64,000 bases of DNA from assembly GCA_902786275.1 (NCBI GenBank), contig CADACC010000002.1, positions 7,600 through 71,599 of the forward strand. Reading direction: 5' to 3'. Both the position numbers and the translations under genes were made by a program. Source of the DNA: an uncultured Erysipelotrichaceae bacterium. GTDB taxonomy: Bacteria > Bacillota_I > Bacilli_A > RF39 > UBA660. Below, piece after piece: positions 1 to 9,579 of the stretch (within the stretch, counting starts at the first letter, position 1; each line of letters starts with the position of its first letter). Below the pieces are notes generated by a model. It searched no databases. It had not been told where the DNA came from and was given only the letters and a program-made list of their open reading frames with translations.

Positions 1-1
1 A

Positions 2-544
2 GATGTTGGATCTCACTTAAACAAAAAATATAAGGGAGAAAAAATACCAACATTAACAGAAGTAATTGATTGGGCTATTGAAAATGATGTAAAACTAAAT
101 ATAGAAATAAAACCAACAGGTCATGAAGAAAATATTGAAAAAGATGTAGTAGATATAATAAGTGAAAAAGAATTTATTAATAAATGCGTTGTTACATCGG
201 GAAAATATAATACTATAAGAAAAGTTAAAGAATATAATAAAAATATTAAAACAATATATGTAATGAGTTTAGCTTATGGTGATATATTAGAATTTAATGA
301 TGTTGATGGATTTAGTTTAGAATCATCTAATATAAATGAAAAATTAGTTAATAAAATACATAAGAATAAAAAAGAAATATACGCTTGGACTGTTAATAAT
401 GAAAAGAACATAAACAAGATGATTAAGCTTGGTGTTGATAACATAGTTACTGATGATATTTCTTATACAAAAAAACTAATTGAAGAAAGTAAATCAAGTA
501 ACATAATAATGGAATATATTAATTTTATAGATGAGTTATTTTAA
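2..544 (+). CDS. glycerophosphodiester phosphodiesterase (GDPD family), 5'-truncated by window edge
   Basis: Reading frame is open from nt 2. The translation (…HLNKKYKGEKIPTLTEVIDWAIENDVKLNIEIKP…YAWTVNNEKNINKMIKLGVDNIVTDD) matches the C-terminal half of the UgpQ/GlpQ-type GDPD fold. Confidence 0.65.
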   Translation, partial: DVGSHLNKKYKGEKIPTLTEVIDWAIENDVKLNIEIKPTGHEENIEKDVVDIISEKEFINKCVVTSGKYNTIRKVKEYNKNIKTIYVMSLAYGDILEFNDVDGFSLESSNINEKLVNKIHKNKKEIYAWTVNNEKNINKMIKLGVDNIVTDDISYTKKLIEESKSSNIIMEYINFIDELF

Positions 545-603
545 GTATTTATTTTATTAATAATATGTTATAATAATTATAGATTAAAGTAGGTGTGATA
601 CGT

Positions 604-1050
604 ATGTCTGAAATTATTGATACAATAAAAAATAGTAAAGTTATAGTTGTTCTATTAATACTATATACTGTTATAGCTATTGGTGTAGTTGTAATGGATA
701 GATCAATTGGTGGAAAGAAAAAAGAAGACACTAAAAAAAGTACAGTTATGACTGAAGAAAATATGAAAAAGTTTTCAACTGCATTAGTTGATTTATATGA
801 AGATATAGATGAATATGTTGTTGATAATAATGTACAAGCTAACACATGCGTTATGCTATCTGAAATTTTAGATGATGAAGATGTTCAAGGTAGTGTATAT
901 GTATCAAGCTCTCGTGATTCATATAATGTTTGGTTTACAAAATATGGTTTATATTTAAACGGCACACCAATAAATGACTGGAACATTAATAAAGATGATT
1001 TTGGTACATCATTTGAGTCATCTTACTTCAATAGTTGTGGTGAAGAGTAA
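604..1050 (+). CDS. hypothetical membrane-anchored protein
   Basis: ATG at 604 lies about 8 nt after AGGTG. One N-terminal TM helix, then an acidic soluble domain. No recognisable family. Confidence 0.45.
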   Translation: MSEIIDTIKNSKVIVVLLILYTVIAIGVVVMDRSIGGKKKEDTKKSTVMTEENMKKFSTALVDLYEDIDEYVVDNNVQANTCVMLSEILDDEDVQGSVYVSSSRDSYNVWFTKYGLYLNGTPINDWNINKDDFGTSFESSYFNSCGEE

Positions 1051-1060
1051 AAAATGTTAT

Positions 1061-1113
1061 AATTAGTTGCGTAATTTCCAAGTAAGATTGGTAGTGCGCA
1101 ACTAATTTTTTTG
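1061..1113 (+). terminator. Rho-independent terminator
   Basis: Inverted repeat AATTAGTTGCG … CGCAACTAATT followed by TTTTTTT. Confidence 0.6.
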
Positions 1114-1147
1114 TTATATTTTAGTCATGAAAGCGAGGGAAGTAAGT

Positions 1148-1777
1148 ATGACATTAGGCGAAAGACTTACACTTTTAAGAAAAGAGATGAACTTATCTCA
1201 AGAAGAAGTTGCAGAAAGATTAAATGTAACTAGACAAACTGTATCAAAATGGGAACTTGATCAAAGTACTCCAGATTTTGATAAAGTAATTCCAATTTGT
1301 AAACTATATAATATATCAAGTGAAGAATTACTAACAGGAAGAAAAGCAGATGTAAATAATAATGATCAAGAATACAACTTAATGACTGATCAAGAAATAA
1401 AAAAGAAAACTGCAAAAGCTATTTGTGAAAGTATTGCACTTTTCTTTATAGCTATAGTTTGGATTATTATTGCAAGTACATTTAGTTTCTTAAAAGAAGA
1501 AATAATGGTAGGTATCTTTTTACTTATAGTTGGTGCAGGTGTAATCAATATTATATATAAGGTTTCATCTTTACCAGAAAAAAAGAGTACAGAAATTAGA
1601 AAAGCTAAAAGAAAACAAACTCATAAATATGATGATGCTCTAGCAATACTATTTACAATTGTATATTTATTAGTAAGTTTTATAACTGGCGCATGGCATA
1701 TAACTTGGATCCTTTGGATAGTATATGCTTTAGTTTGTGAAATACTTCACATTATATTAGATAAAGAAGAGGAATAG
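1148..1777 (+). CDS. XRE-family HTH transcriptional regulator with C-terminal transmembrane domain
   Basis: N-terminus MTLGERLTLLRKEMNLSQEEVAERLNVTRQTVSKWE is a canonical Cro/C1-type HTH. The C-terminal half contains three or four hydrophobic helices. RBS GAGGGAAG precedes the ATG at 1148. Confidence 0.7.
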   Translation: MTLGERLTLLRKEMNLSQEEVAERLNVTRQTVSKWELDQSTPDFDKVIPICKLYNISSEELLTGRKADVNNNDQEYNLMTDQEIKKKTAKAICESIALFFIAIVWIIIASTFSFLKEEIMVGIFLLIVGAGVINIIYKVSSLPEKKSTEIRKAKRKQTHKYDDALAILFTIVYLLVSFITGAWHITWILWIVYALVCEILHIILDKEEE

Positions 1778-1790
1778 GAGAATATAAAAT

Positions 1791-2549
1791 ATGGTAAAAG
1801 CAATTAAAATAACATTACTATCATTATTAATAGTATGTTTAGTTGCTGTTATGATTGGTTTCATGACAGGTAACTTTAAATTTGGTTCAAAAGCAAAACT
1901 TGTTTATGATGAAGAATTTGCTTTAGAAGATGTAAAAAACTTTGATATTGATGTTAAAAGTTTAGATATTAAAATTGAAGAATCAAATAGTGATAAAGTA
2001 AGAATTAAAATCTACGCAAATGAAAAAGATGATGTAGATGTAAGTAAAGATAATGAACAAAATATTCTAATTAAACAAAACAATAGAATTTCATGTATAG
2101 GTTTTTGTTTTAACCCTGAAAGAGATATAACAATTTATTTACCAAAAGATTATGATGGAGAATTTAATATCAAAGCAACAAGTGGTGATGTTGAATCAGA
2201 AGTAAAAAATAATTTGGTATACAAGATAAATGTTACTAGTGGTGATATTGATATTGAAAATGCTAAATCAATTGAAGGTAAAACAACATCAGGAGATTTA
2301 GAACTTGGAACTATAACATCATTTATTAAATACAAAACAACATCAGGAGACTTTGAAATTGATAAACTTACTTTAGAAAAAGATTCATCAATTGAAGCAA
2401 CAAGTGGTGATGTTGAAATCGATAACATCAGTAATGCATATGTTGATGCTCATGCAACAAGTGGAGATATCAAAATTAAGAATAATGATAGACATGCTGA
2501 ATATGAACTTAAGATAAAAACAACATCAGGAGATATAACAGTAAGATAA
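1791..2549 (+). CDS. DUF4097-type beta-helical putative adhesin or stress-response protein (YvlB/LiaG-like)
   Basis: N-terminal TM helix followed by about eight repeats built round T(S)SGD[VIF][ED][IL]. This is the DUF4097 repeat signature. It is immediately downstream of the membrane-bound XRE regulator, with a 13-nt gap. Confidence 0.6.
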   Translation: MVKAIKITLLSLLIVCLVAVMIGFMTGNFKFGSKAKLVYDEEFALEDVKNFDIDVKSLDIKIEESNSDKVRIKIYANEKDDVDVSKDNEQNILIKQNNRISCIGFCFNPERDITIYLPKDYDGEFNIKATSGDVESEVKNNLVYKINVTSGDIDIENAKSIEGKTTSGDLELGTITSFIKYKTTSGDFEIDKLTLEKDSSIEATSGDVEIDNISNAYVDAHATSGDIKIKNNDRHAEYELKIKTTSGDITVR

Positions 2550-2577
2550 ACAAGTTTAGAAATAAACTTGTTTTTTT
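2549..2577 (+). terminator. Rho-independent terminator
   Basis: AACAAGTTTA gaaat AAACTTGTT + TTTTTTT. Confidence 0.65.
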
Positions 2578-2610
2578 AAGCATATAGTAATAAAAATAAA
2601 TTTAATTTTA

Positions 2611-2639
2611 TTGACATAATACCTTAAAAGTTAGATAAT
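2611..2639 (+). promoter_or_regulatory. sigma-A type promoter (TTGACA, 17 nt, GATAAT)
   Basis: Consensus -35 TTGACA at 2611-2616, a 17-nt spacer, and -10 GATAAT at 2634-2639. It lies upstream of the 2679 CDS. Confidence 0.4.
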
Positions 2640-2678
2640 TAAAGTATAAAATTTTTGGTTTAGGAGGAGAAAAGAATT

Positions 2679-3188
2679 ATGGCTGAAACTGCAAAGAAAG
2701 GTAAAATTGAAATCAAATTTTCAAAATCAAGATTCTATGGACTACTACTTGCAACATTTACATTTATTATAATGTTCTGCAACTGGTGGAAAGGTGAAAT
2801 CCTAATGGGCGAAAGCATTGGATTTAGTATTTTCCATTCAGATATGTTCGATGTTAATACTTGTCTTGGTCTTGCAAAAGTATTTGCAATTATTGCTTTA
2901 GTTATTGGCTTATTATTCATCATTAATTTATTAATTAATTTTGAAAAATTTGTTCCAGGTCTAAAGAACTTTAAATTTGGATTCAATAGAGTATTTGCTC
3001 TTGCATATTATGGATTCTACGGACTTGCATTATTATTCAACTTAATTGGATGTATTGCAACTGAAGGTGTTGTTCCAACAGTTCGTATTATCTTTATTTT
3101 TGTTCTAGTAATTGGAATAATTTTACATTATGCAATTCCTGCAATTTCAAAATTCTTCAGTAAGAATTTCACTCTTACAATTGAATAA
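2679..3188 (+). CDS. hypothetical polytopic membrane protein
   Basis: 169 aa with at least four hydrophobic helices. RBS AGGAGGAG precedes the ATG. A terminator hairpin follows at about 3204-3238. Confidence 0.5.
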   Translation: MAETAKKGKIEIKFSKSRFYGLLLATFTFIIMFCNWWKGEILMGESIGFSIFHSDMFDVNTCLGLAKVFAIIALVIGLLFIINLLINFEKFVPGLKNFKFGFNRVFALAYYGFYGLALLFNLIGCIATEGVVPTVRIIFIFVLVIGIILHYAIPAISKFFSKNFTLTIE

Positions 3189-3271
3189 TAGGAAATGATA
3201 AAAAAGAGTAAGATTTAAAATCTTGCTCTTTTTATTTTGCTACTATATAATTTAATAGTAGGTGATATAGT

Positions 3272-3991
3272 ATGAAAAAAGTATTAATAATTTTATTGTC
3301 TGTTATCTTATTAACAGGTTGTTCTTTTTTTGATAAAAAGGAAGATAAGAAAAAAGAAGAATCTAAAAAAATTGAAGAAGTAAAAGAACCAGAGAATACA
3401 GAACCAGAAGAACCAAAATATGTAGATGATAATACAACACCAATTGGTTTATATGAAAGAAGTGGAAGTAAATTAAAAAAACTATCTGAGTTTTCAACAA
3501 GTATTAATGGAAGAATGGATATTAAAACATTTCAAGCATTTCCATCAAGTGAAGAAGAGATTAACCACTCAGGAAAAAGATACGCTGATTATTATTTAGA
3601 AAAATGGAATGAAGTAAATGAATCAAGAAAGTATAAAACAGGTTTTAATCTAAAATATACTTTAAATGATGGAACAGAAATATCACAAAATATATTTGAT
3701 CCATCAACTACACAAACTAATTATGATTATATCGAAGTATATTTATATGATGCTTATACTCATAGAAATGATTCTTTTTATTCACATATTGAAGAAAAAG
3801 ATACAAATAAAGAATACTACATAACTTCAATAAAGTTGACTGCAGGAACTAAGTTTAATGATATTAAATCAAAAATTGTTTTAACTGTATTTACATATGA
3901 TGATGATGATTTTGATGAAAATAATGAGTATCGTGGTAATAGTAAATATAGTGTTGTTATAAGTAATAAAAATAAAACTTATGAAGAGTAA
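3272..3991 (+). CDS. hypothetical lipoprotein
   Basis: Signal peptide MKKVLIILLSVILLTGC with an L-T-G-C lipobox. A K/E-rich linker follows. A terminator follows at about 3994-4022. Confidence 0.6.
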   Translation: MKKVLIILLSVILLTGCSFFDKKEDKKKEESKKIEEVKEPENTEPEEPKYVDDNTTPIGLYERSGSKLKKLSEFSTSINGRMDIKTFQAFPSSEEEINHSGKRYADYYLEKWNEVNESRKYKTGFNLKYTLNDGTEISQNIFDPSTTQTNYDYIEVYLYDAYTHRNDSFYSHIEEKDTNKEYYITSIKLTAGTKFNDIKSKIVLTVFTYDDDDFDENNEYRGNSKYSVVISNKNKTYEE

Positions 3992-4097
3992 AAAATTGAT
4001 GATTCATCATCAATTTTTTTTATGTCAAATTAAGTTAATTACTAATTAAAACTCATTTATTATTTGATATACTAATTAAGTGTGAGGATGAATATAT

Positions 4098-6242
4098 ATG
4101 AATGAAGAAATAATAAAAAATGTTGCAAATAGCTTATCGGTAAAAGATTCACAAGTTAAAGCCGTAATAAAATTACTAAGTGAAGGAGCTACAATTCCTT
4201 TTATTGCAAGATATAGAAAAGAAGTAACAGGTTATTTAAACGAAGATGAAATCAGAACTATTCATGAAGCGTATGAATATCAAGTTAACTTAAGTGAAAG
4301 AAAAGAAACTGTTATTAAATTAATTGATGAAAAGAAAATGCTTACTCCTGAAATTAAAGAAGCTATTTTAATGTGCACTAAAATAAGTGAAGTAGATAAT
4401 ATCTACGAACCATTTAAAGAAGAAAGAAAAACTAAAGGAACAGAAGCTATTAAATTAGGTTTAGAACCGCTTGCAAAAGAAATAATGAAACTACCAAATA
4501 AAACTAAAGAAGAGTTAGCTAAGCCTTATTTATCAGATAAAGTTAAAACAGTTGATGATGCCATTGAAAATGCAGGTTATATTATTGCTGATGTTATTAA
4601 TAGTAATATAAAATACAGAGACTATATTACAAACAATACAAGAAAATTTGGTTTTGTTGTAACTAAAAAGAAAAAATCCGCAACTGATGAAAATAAGCTA
4701 TATGAAATATATTATGATTTTAAAGAAAACGTATCTAAAATAAAATCATATCAAGTCTTAGCTATAAATAGAGCAACAAAAGAAAAGATAATTTCATATC
4801 AAATAGAAAATGATCATGAAAGAATGATTAGCTATTTAATATCTAAAATACTTGGAGAAAAAAGTTTCCCTCTTAGAAAAGAGTATGAAAGTTTTATAAC
4901 AGATGCATATAAAAGATTAATGTTTCCAAGCATTGAAAGAATTATTAAAACAGAGTTATTTGATAGAGCAAGTGCAGATGGAATAAAAGAATTTGGTGTA
5001 AATTTAGAAAACTTACTTCTAACTCCGCCTATAAAAGAAGCTGTTGTCCTTGGGTTTGACCCAGCGTTTAGAACTGGATGTAAACTTGCTGTTGTATCAC
5101 CAACAGGTGAGTGTTTAAAAATTGGTGTTATATATCCACATGAACCAAAAAATGATAAAGAAGGAGCAGAGAAAACTCTTCTTGATTTAATAAAAGAATT
5201 TGATGTTAAGATTATCGCTATTGGTAATGGCACTGCATCAAGAGAAAGTGAAAGCTTCGTATCAGATGTTATTAAAAAGAATAGTCTTGATGTTAAGTTC
5301 GTTTTAGTTAGCGAAGCTGGTGCATCAGTTTATTCAGCATCACCACTAGCAAAAAAAGAGTTTCCAGATTTCTCTGTTGAACAAAGAAGTGCAGTATCAA
5401 TCGCAAGAAGACTTCAAGATGCCCTATCTGAACTTGTTAAAATAGACCCAAAATCTATTGGTATTGGACTATATCAACATGATTTAAAACCAAAAGAACT
5501 TGATGAAGAACTTGATTTCGTTGTAAGTAAAATAGTAAACAGAGTAGGAGTAAATATTAATAGTGCATCTGAAAGTTTACTATCACATGTTTCAGGTTTA
5601 GATAAAAAATCAATCAAAGGAATTCTTGATTATAAACAAGATCATGGAAAGATAAAAGAAAGAAAAGAAATCGAAAAAATAAAAGGAGTTAACAAGCTTA
5701 CTTATGAACAGTGTGCAGGTTTCTTAAGAATATTAGATGGAATTAATCCTCTAGATAAAACTAATATCCATCCAGAAGATTATGAACTTGTTAATAATAT
5801 TGTAAAAGATATTAACTTTGATTTATCACTAATAGGTAAAGAAGAAGGAAAGGAAATCCTTGATAAAATAAATGATAATGAAATTATAAGTAAATATAAT
5901 ATATCTAAAGATAAACTAGATACTATAAAGAATAACTTAATTAATGGAGTAATAGATCCAAGAAGTGAAATAAAGAAAGTAACACTTAAAAGTGATGTTC
6001 TTACAATAGATGATTTAAAAATAGGAATGAGCCTAGAAGGAACAGTTAGAAATGTTTTACCATTTGGTGCTTTTGTTGATATTGGACTTCATGATGATGC
6101 TCTAATACATATTTCTAAATTAAGTAAAAACTTTGTATCTCATCCAAGTGAAATATTAAAAGTTGGAGATATAATCACAGTATATATATCTGATATTGAT
6201 AAAGACAAAAATAGAGTTGGATTAAGTTTATTCAAAGATTAA
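4098..6242 (+). CDS. tex: Tex (transcription accessory protein; YqgF-like and S1 RNA-binding domains)
   Basis: 714 aa. N-terminus …SEGATIPFIARYRKEVTGYLNEDEIRTI… is diagnostic for Tex. The C-terminal S1 domain reads …GMSLEGTVRNVLPFGAFVDIG…. Confidence 0.9.
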   Translation: MNEEIIKNVANSLSVKDSQVKAVIKLLSEGATIPFIARYRKEVTGYLNEDEIRTIHEAYEYQVNLSERKETVIKLIDEKKMLTPEIKEAILMCTKISEVDNIYEPFKEERKTKGTEAIKLGLEPLAKEIMKLPNKTKEELAKPYLSDKVKTVDDAIENAGYIIADVINSNIKYRDYITNNTRKFGFVVTKKKKSATDENKLYEIYYDFKENVSKIKSYQVLAINRATKEKIISYQIENDHERMISYLISKILGEKSFPLRKEYESFITDAYKRLMFPSIERIIKTELFDRASADGIKEFGVNLENLLLTPPIKEAVVLGFDPAFRTGCKLAVVSPTGECLKIGVIYPHEPKNDKEGAEKTLLDLIKEFDVKIIAIGNGTASRESESFVSDVIKKNSLDVKFVLVSEAGASVYSASPLAKKEFPDFSVEQRSAVSIARRLQDALSELVKIDPKSIGIGLYQHDLKPKELDEELDFVVSKIVNRVGVNINSASESLLSHVSGLDKKSIKGILDYKQDHGKIKERKEIEKIKGVNKLTYEQCAGFLRILDGINPLDKTNIHPEDYELVNNIVKDINFDLSLIGKEEGKEILDKINDNEIISKYNISKDKLDTIKNNLINGVIDPRSEIKKVTLKSDVLTIDDLKIGMSLEGTVRNVLPFGAFVDIGLHDDALIHISKLSKNFVSHPSEILKVGDIITVYISDIDKDKNRVGLSLFKD

Positions 6243-6255
6243 AATTTATAATGTA

Positions 6256-6294
6256 AATACATCGCTTTATAAATCTAAGCGATGTATTTTTTTG
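6256..6294 (+). terminator. Rho-independent terminator
   Basis: AATACATCGCT … AGCGATGTATT + T-run. Confidence 0.7.
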
Positions 6295-6329
6295 TTTATT
6301 ATGTTATTATAAATAAAGGATGGTAGAGT

Positions 6330-7586
6330 ATGAAAAAGAAGTTACTAATAATTATGATATTTGTAGTATTGATTATAAGTTCTATCTTAGTTTATTTTTT
6401 TGTATTTAATAAAGATAAAAAAACTACTAAGAAAAAAGAAAAGATAATTTATACTGATGTAAAAGAAGATACAAATATAAAAATAAATAATGATTTAACA
6501 CTTGAATTTGGTGATAATAAATCTTTAAGTGATTATATAACTATTGATAATAGTGAGTTTAAAGATAAAGAAATTACTTATGATGAACTTGGAACTAAGA
6601 AAATAGAGTTTAGTTATAAGGACGCAGATGGAAAAATTAATTATCGATTTATTAATATAGATGTTGTTGATACAACAAGCCCATATGCATCAGTGCCTTC
6701 ATATAAAAAAATAAAAGTAAACTCTGATATATCATTTATAGATGACTTTTTATGTGCTGATAATCATGATAGAGTTCTAGAAAAAAGGTTAGACGGAGAG
6801 TTTGATTTACTTAGGGAAGGAACTTATACTGTTAAATTTGTAGCAGTTGATTCATCAGAAAATAAAACTGAAAAAACATTTATCTTAGATGTCGTAGCAG
6901 AGTTACCTAAACCAAGTCCTGGTGGTGGTAGTTCACAAATTAATTATTTAAATTATAGTGATTTATATAATCAATATAAAAACTCAAATACAAAAATTGG
7001 TATTGATATCTCTAGATGGCAAGGAGATGTTGATTTTAAAAAATTAAAAGAAAATAATGTTGAGTTCATAATGATAAGACTAGGTGGACAAGATGGAATA
7101 GATGGAGAATATTATATCGATTCTAAGTTCACTCAAAATATTACTGGTGCTTTAGAAAATGGTTTTGATGTTGGTGTATATTTTTATAGTTATGCTCATA
7201 CAAAAGAAGATGCCATTAATCAAGCTAAATATGTTATGGATCATTTAAAAGGATATAAAATAACTCTTCCAATTGTATTTGACTGGGAGTGCTGGAATAA
7301 GTTTAATAAGATGGGTATGAGTTTATTTGATTTAAAAAATGTCCAAGAAACTTTTATAAATGAAGTAGAGAAAAAAGGTTATACAGGATCAAGATATGGA
7401 AGTAAAAATTATTTAACAAATCTATGGCTTCCATCAAACAAACTTACTTGGCTTGCTCACTATGTATCTAATACTACTTATGAAGGAGAATACTACATGT
7501 GGCAAAGATGTGACACAGGTAAAGTAAGTGGTATAAATGGAGCAGTTGATGTTGATATCCTATATTTAGATAAATATAAAATATAA
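6330..7586 (+). CDS. membrane-anchored GH25-family lysozyme/muramidase with N-terminal extra domain
   Basis: N-terminal TM helix. C-terminal …KIGIDISRWQGDVDFKKLKENNVEFIMIRLG…GVYFYSYA… matches the GH25 (LytC/Cpl-1 type) catalytic signature. Confidence 0.7.
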   Translation: MKKKLLIIMIFVVLIISSILVYFFVFNKDKKTTKKKEKIIYTDVKEDTNIKINNDLTLEFGDNKSLSDYITIDNSEFKDKEITYDELGTKKIEFSYKDADGKINYRFINIDVVDTTSPYASVPSYKKIKVNSDISFIDDFLCADNHDRVLEKRLDGEFDLLREGTYTVKFVAVDSSENKTEKTFILDVVAELPKPSPGGGSSQINYLNYSDLYNQYKNSNTKIGIDISRWQGDVDFKKLKENNVEFIMIRLGGQDGIDGEYYIDSKFTQNITGALENGFDVGVYFYSYAHTKEDAINQAKYVMDHLKGYKITLPIVFDWECWNKFNKMGMSLFDLKNVQETFINEVEKKGYTGSRYGSKNYLTNLWLPSNKLTWLAHYVSNTTYEGEYYMWQRCDTGKVSGINGAVDVDILYLDKYKI

Positions 7587-7615
7587 AACATATACTTTTA
7601 TCATGGTGATAATAA

Positions 7616-8128
7616 TTGATAAAAGTCATATGTTTTTTTCTTTTAATAAGCATAAGTGATACTTTGCTTCATTTTACTTATAAATTGTCAAATAAAAGTA
7701 TAGTTGTTGGAATATTTTCAAGTGTTAATGAATCTGTTTGGGAGCATATTAAACTATTATTAACTCCTATATTTTTCTTTAATACTATAAAATATATATT
7801 AGGTTGTAGAAACAACTTTTTTATAGCTTTATTTGTAGAATTAGTATTATCAATAATATTAATAATTGTATTATCAAATTTAAAAGTAAAAATATTTAAA
7901 GATAAATATAACTATATAAATATAATAATATTTTATATAACTGCTTTTATAGTATCACTAGCTGGATATGTAACTGAGAATATAAATGTATGTAATAATG
8001 TTAATTTAATATTTTCAATTCCCTGTTTAGTTATTTTTATAATGTATTTAACATTTTCCGTATTTCCACCAAAGACTAAAATATTTCTTGATCCCATAAC
8101 TAATACTTATGGAATAAACAAAATGTAA
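7616..8128 (+). CDS. hypothetical polytopic membrane protein (TTG start, weak)
   Basis: 170-aa uninterrupted ORF in an AT-rich genome, very hydrophobic. No clear RBS, so the start is uncertain. Confidence 0.3.
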   Translation: MIKVICFFLLISISDTLLHFTYKLSNKSIVVGIFSSVNESVWEHIKLLLTPIFFFNTIKYILGCRNNFFIALFVELVLSIILIIVLSNLKVKIFKDKYNYINIIIFYITAFIVSLAGYVTENINVCNNVNLIFSIPCLVIFIMYLTFSVFPPKTKIFLDPITNTYGINKM

Positions 8129-8209
8129 ATAAAAGTGTACAATTGTACACTTTATTTAATTTAGTTTACGATATTTGTTATACTAATAGTAGAAAAGAGG
8201 TTTTCTATT

Positions 8210-8878
8210 ATGAGCAAAAGAAATCAAGAAGAATCAATAGAAGGATTTAATGATGCTGCAAAAACATATCACAGTTTAGTAGAATCATTAGAAAGAAGAA
8301 AATTTAAAAAGAAAAAACTTAAATTAACTGATGGAGGAAAAAAATTAATTGCTTCACTTATTTTAGCTGCAGCAATTCCAACATCTATATATGGTTTATA
8401 TAATTCATCTTGGGCAAAAAGAAATAGAAAATTAAAAGAAGCTCATAATTATGTTGATGAAGTTATAATAGCTCAAATTCTAGACGAAGAAGGCTATAAA
8501 CCAATAAATAAAGACCTTGATGTTAAAGTAACAAAAAGTAAAGAAGAAGTGGAAATGCTTGTAAGAAGAATTCAATCTGTAATGCATGTTGATAGAGATA
8601 CAGCTTATTATATTGTTTTCTCATATTATGGGTTTGATAAAGAAGTATTTAACAATTTAGGATATGCTAATGCAGATGAATGGGCAAAAGCACATGATTA
8701 TAAAAATCCTGGAGATTCTATGGATAGTTTAGTTTACAGTGCTGCTGATTCATTCGAAAACATGGCAGAAGAAGAATTCTTAGAAGCATATGATGAATAT
8801 GTTATAGCAGCAGAAAAAATAGGTAATGTTGATATACATGATGTTTCAAATGAGGTGAGTGGCAATGAATCAAGATAA
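8210..8878 (+). CDS. hypothetical protein (one TM helix); first gene of a pilin-containing operon
   Basis: RBS AAAGAGG precedes the ATG. It overlaps the next ORF by 20 nt and ends 224 nt upstream of the 9102 pilin gene. Confidence 0.5.
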   Translation: MSKRNQEESIEGFNDAAKTYHSLVESLERRKFKKKKLKLTDGGKKLIASLILAAAIPTSIYGLYNSSWAKRNRKLKEAHNYVDEVIIAQILDEEGYKPINKDLDVKVTKSKEEVEMLVRRIQSVMHVDRDTAYYIVFSYYGFDKEVFNNLGYANADEWAKAHDYKNPGDSMDSLVYSAADSFENMAEEEFLEAYDEYVIAAEKIGNVDIHDVSNEVSGNESR

Positions 8879-9095
8879 TGATTTAGAAGTAACTGCATAT
8901 GAAATAGATGGAAAAGATTACGTTATTTCCAAAATAGTTGATTATGAGGGAAGTAATTACTGTTATTTAGTTAATGTTGATGACGGACATGATGTATTTA
9001 TAAAAAAATACGTTGATGGAGAACTTGAACCAGTTGAATCAAAAGAAATAGCATTTAATGTTTTACTTAAGATTGGTAGTCAAGAGGAAGCGTAA
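8859..9095 (+). CDS. hypothetical small protein, translationally coupled
   Basis: 78 aa. The start overlaps the end of the 8210 gene. It ends 7 nt before the pilin gene at 9102. Confidence 0.45.
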   Translation: MAMNQDNDLEVTAYEIDGKDYVISKIVDYEGSNYCYLVNVDDGHDVFIKKYVDGELEPVESKEIAFNVLLKIGSQEEA

Positions 9096-9101
9096 GTTTA
9101 T

Positions 9102-9476
9102 ATGAATAAAAAAGGGTTTACTTTAATAGAACTTATTGCAGCAATCATGCTTTTAGGAATTATTTTAGTAATGGTTTCTTTAAATGTTGTTAGACACTTA
9201 GAGAAAAATAAAAGAAAAATAATTCTTGAAAGTGCCAAAAGTTATGTAACAGTAATTAATGATAATAATTATATAAATGATCCAGATAAAGTAATATCAA
9301 GTAGTACAGTTGAATCTATTAATCCAAAGATAAAAAAACAAATAGCAGGAGATTTACCTTCAAGTGGATCTGTAACTGTTAATGCTACAACTAAAAAAGT
9401 ATCTTCTGCAACACTGGTATTTGATAAATACAGAGTTGTATTTAATGGAACTAAATATACAATATCGGCTAATTAA
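9102..9476 (+). CDS. type IV pilin / pseudopilin (prepilin-type N-terminal cleavage/methylation domain, ComGC-like)
   Basis: MNKKGFTLIELIAAIMLLGIILVMV… has the class III signal peptide: G|FTLxE with Glu at +5 and a hydrophobic helix. Length is 124 aa. Confidence 0.75.
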   Translation: MNKKGFTLIELIAAIMLLGIILVMVSLNVVRHLEKNKRKIILESAKSYVTVINDNNYINDPDKVISSSTVESINPKIKKQIAGDLPSSGSVTVNATTKKVSSATLVFDKYRVVFNGTKYTISAN

Positions 9477-9511
9477 AAGTCTATTATTTTAGAAAAATAA
9501 TAGGCTTTTTT
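9477..9511 (+). terminator. Rho-independent terminator
   Basis: AAGTCTATTATTTT agaa AAATAATAGGCTT + TTTT. Confidence 0.55.
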
Positions 9512-9514
9512 AGT

Positions 9515-9543
9515 TTGACAAAATATAAGCAATAATCTATACT
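9515..9543 (+). promoter_or_regulatory. near-consensus sigma-A promoter (TTGACA, 17 nt, TATACT)
   Basis: -35 TTGACA at 9515-9520, a 17-nt spacer, and -10 TATACT at 9538-9543. It lies 37 nt upstream of the ATG of the large pilin-like gene. Confidence 0.5.
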
Positions 9544-9579
9544 AAATATAGTATGAAAAATAGAGTATGGAGAGTAGCA

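Noticed and set aside
549-845. Reverse-strand and overlapping ORFs in the six-frame track (for example 549-845-, 1230-1415-, 2150-2428-, 4832-5233-, 11166-11357+, 11568-11892+/-, 12871-13179, 16554-16994-, 17458-17748-, 18628-19086-, 19608-19814-, 20080-20286-, 22273-22566, 22768-22971-, 27001-27183, 28526-29213, 30061-30258-, 32413-32622-, 33261-33518-, 34192-34392-, 39439-39885-, 41367-41639-, 46177-46407-, 48269-48460-, 51302-51484-, 56886-57200-, 57852-58037-, 61528-61746+, 62497-62901-)
   Set aside because: Each lies inside, or antisense to, a longer ORF with clear protein-family signatures. They have low-complexity translations and no RBS. They are treated as spurious.
7587-7616. Possible terminator after the GH25 lysozyme gene
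   Set aside because: Only a weak palindrome (ACATAT…ATATGT) with a long loop. It was not convincing enough to call.
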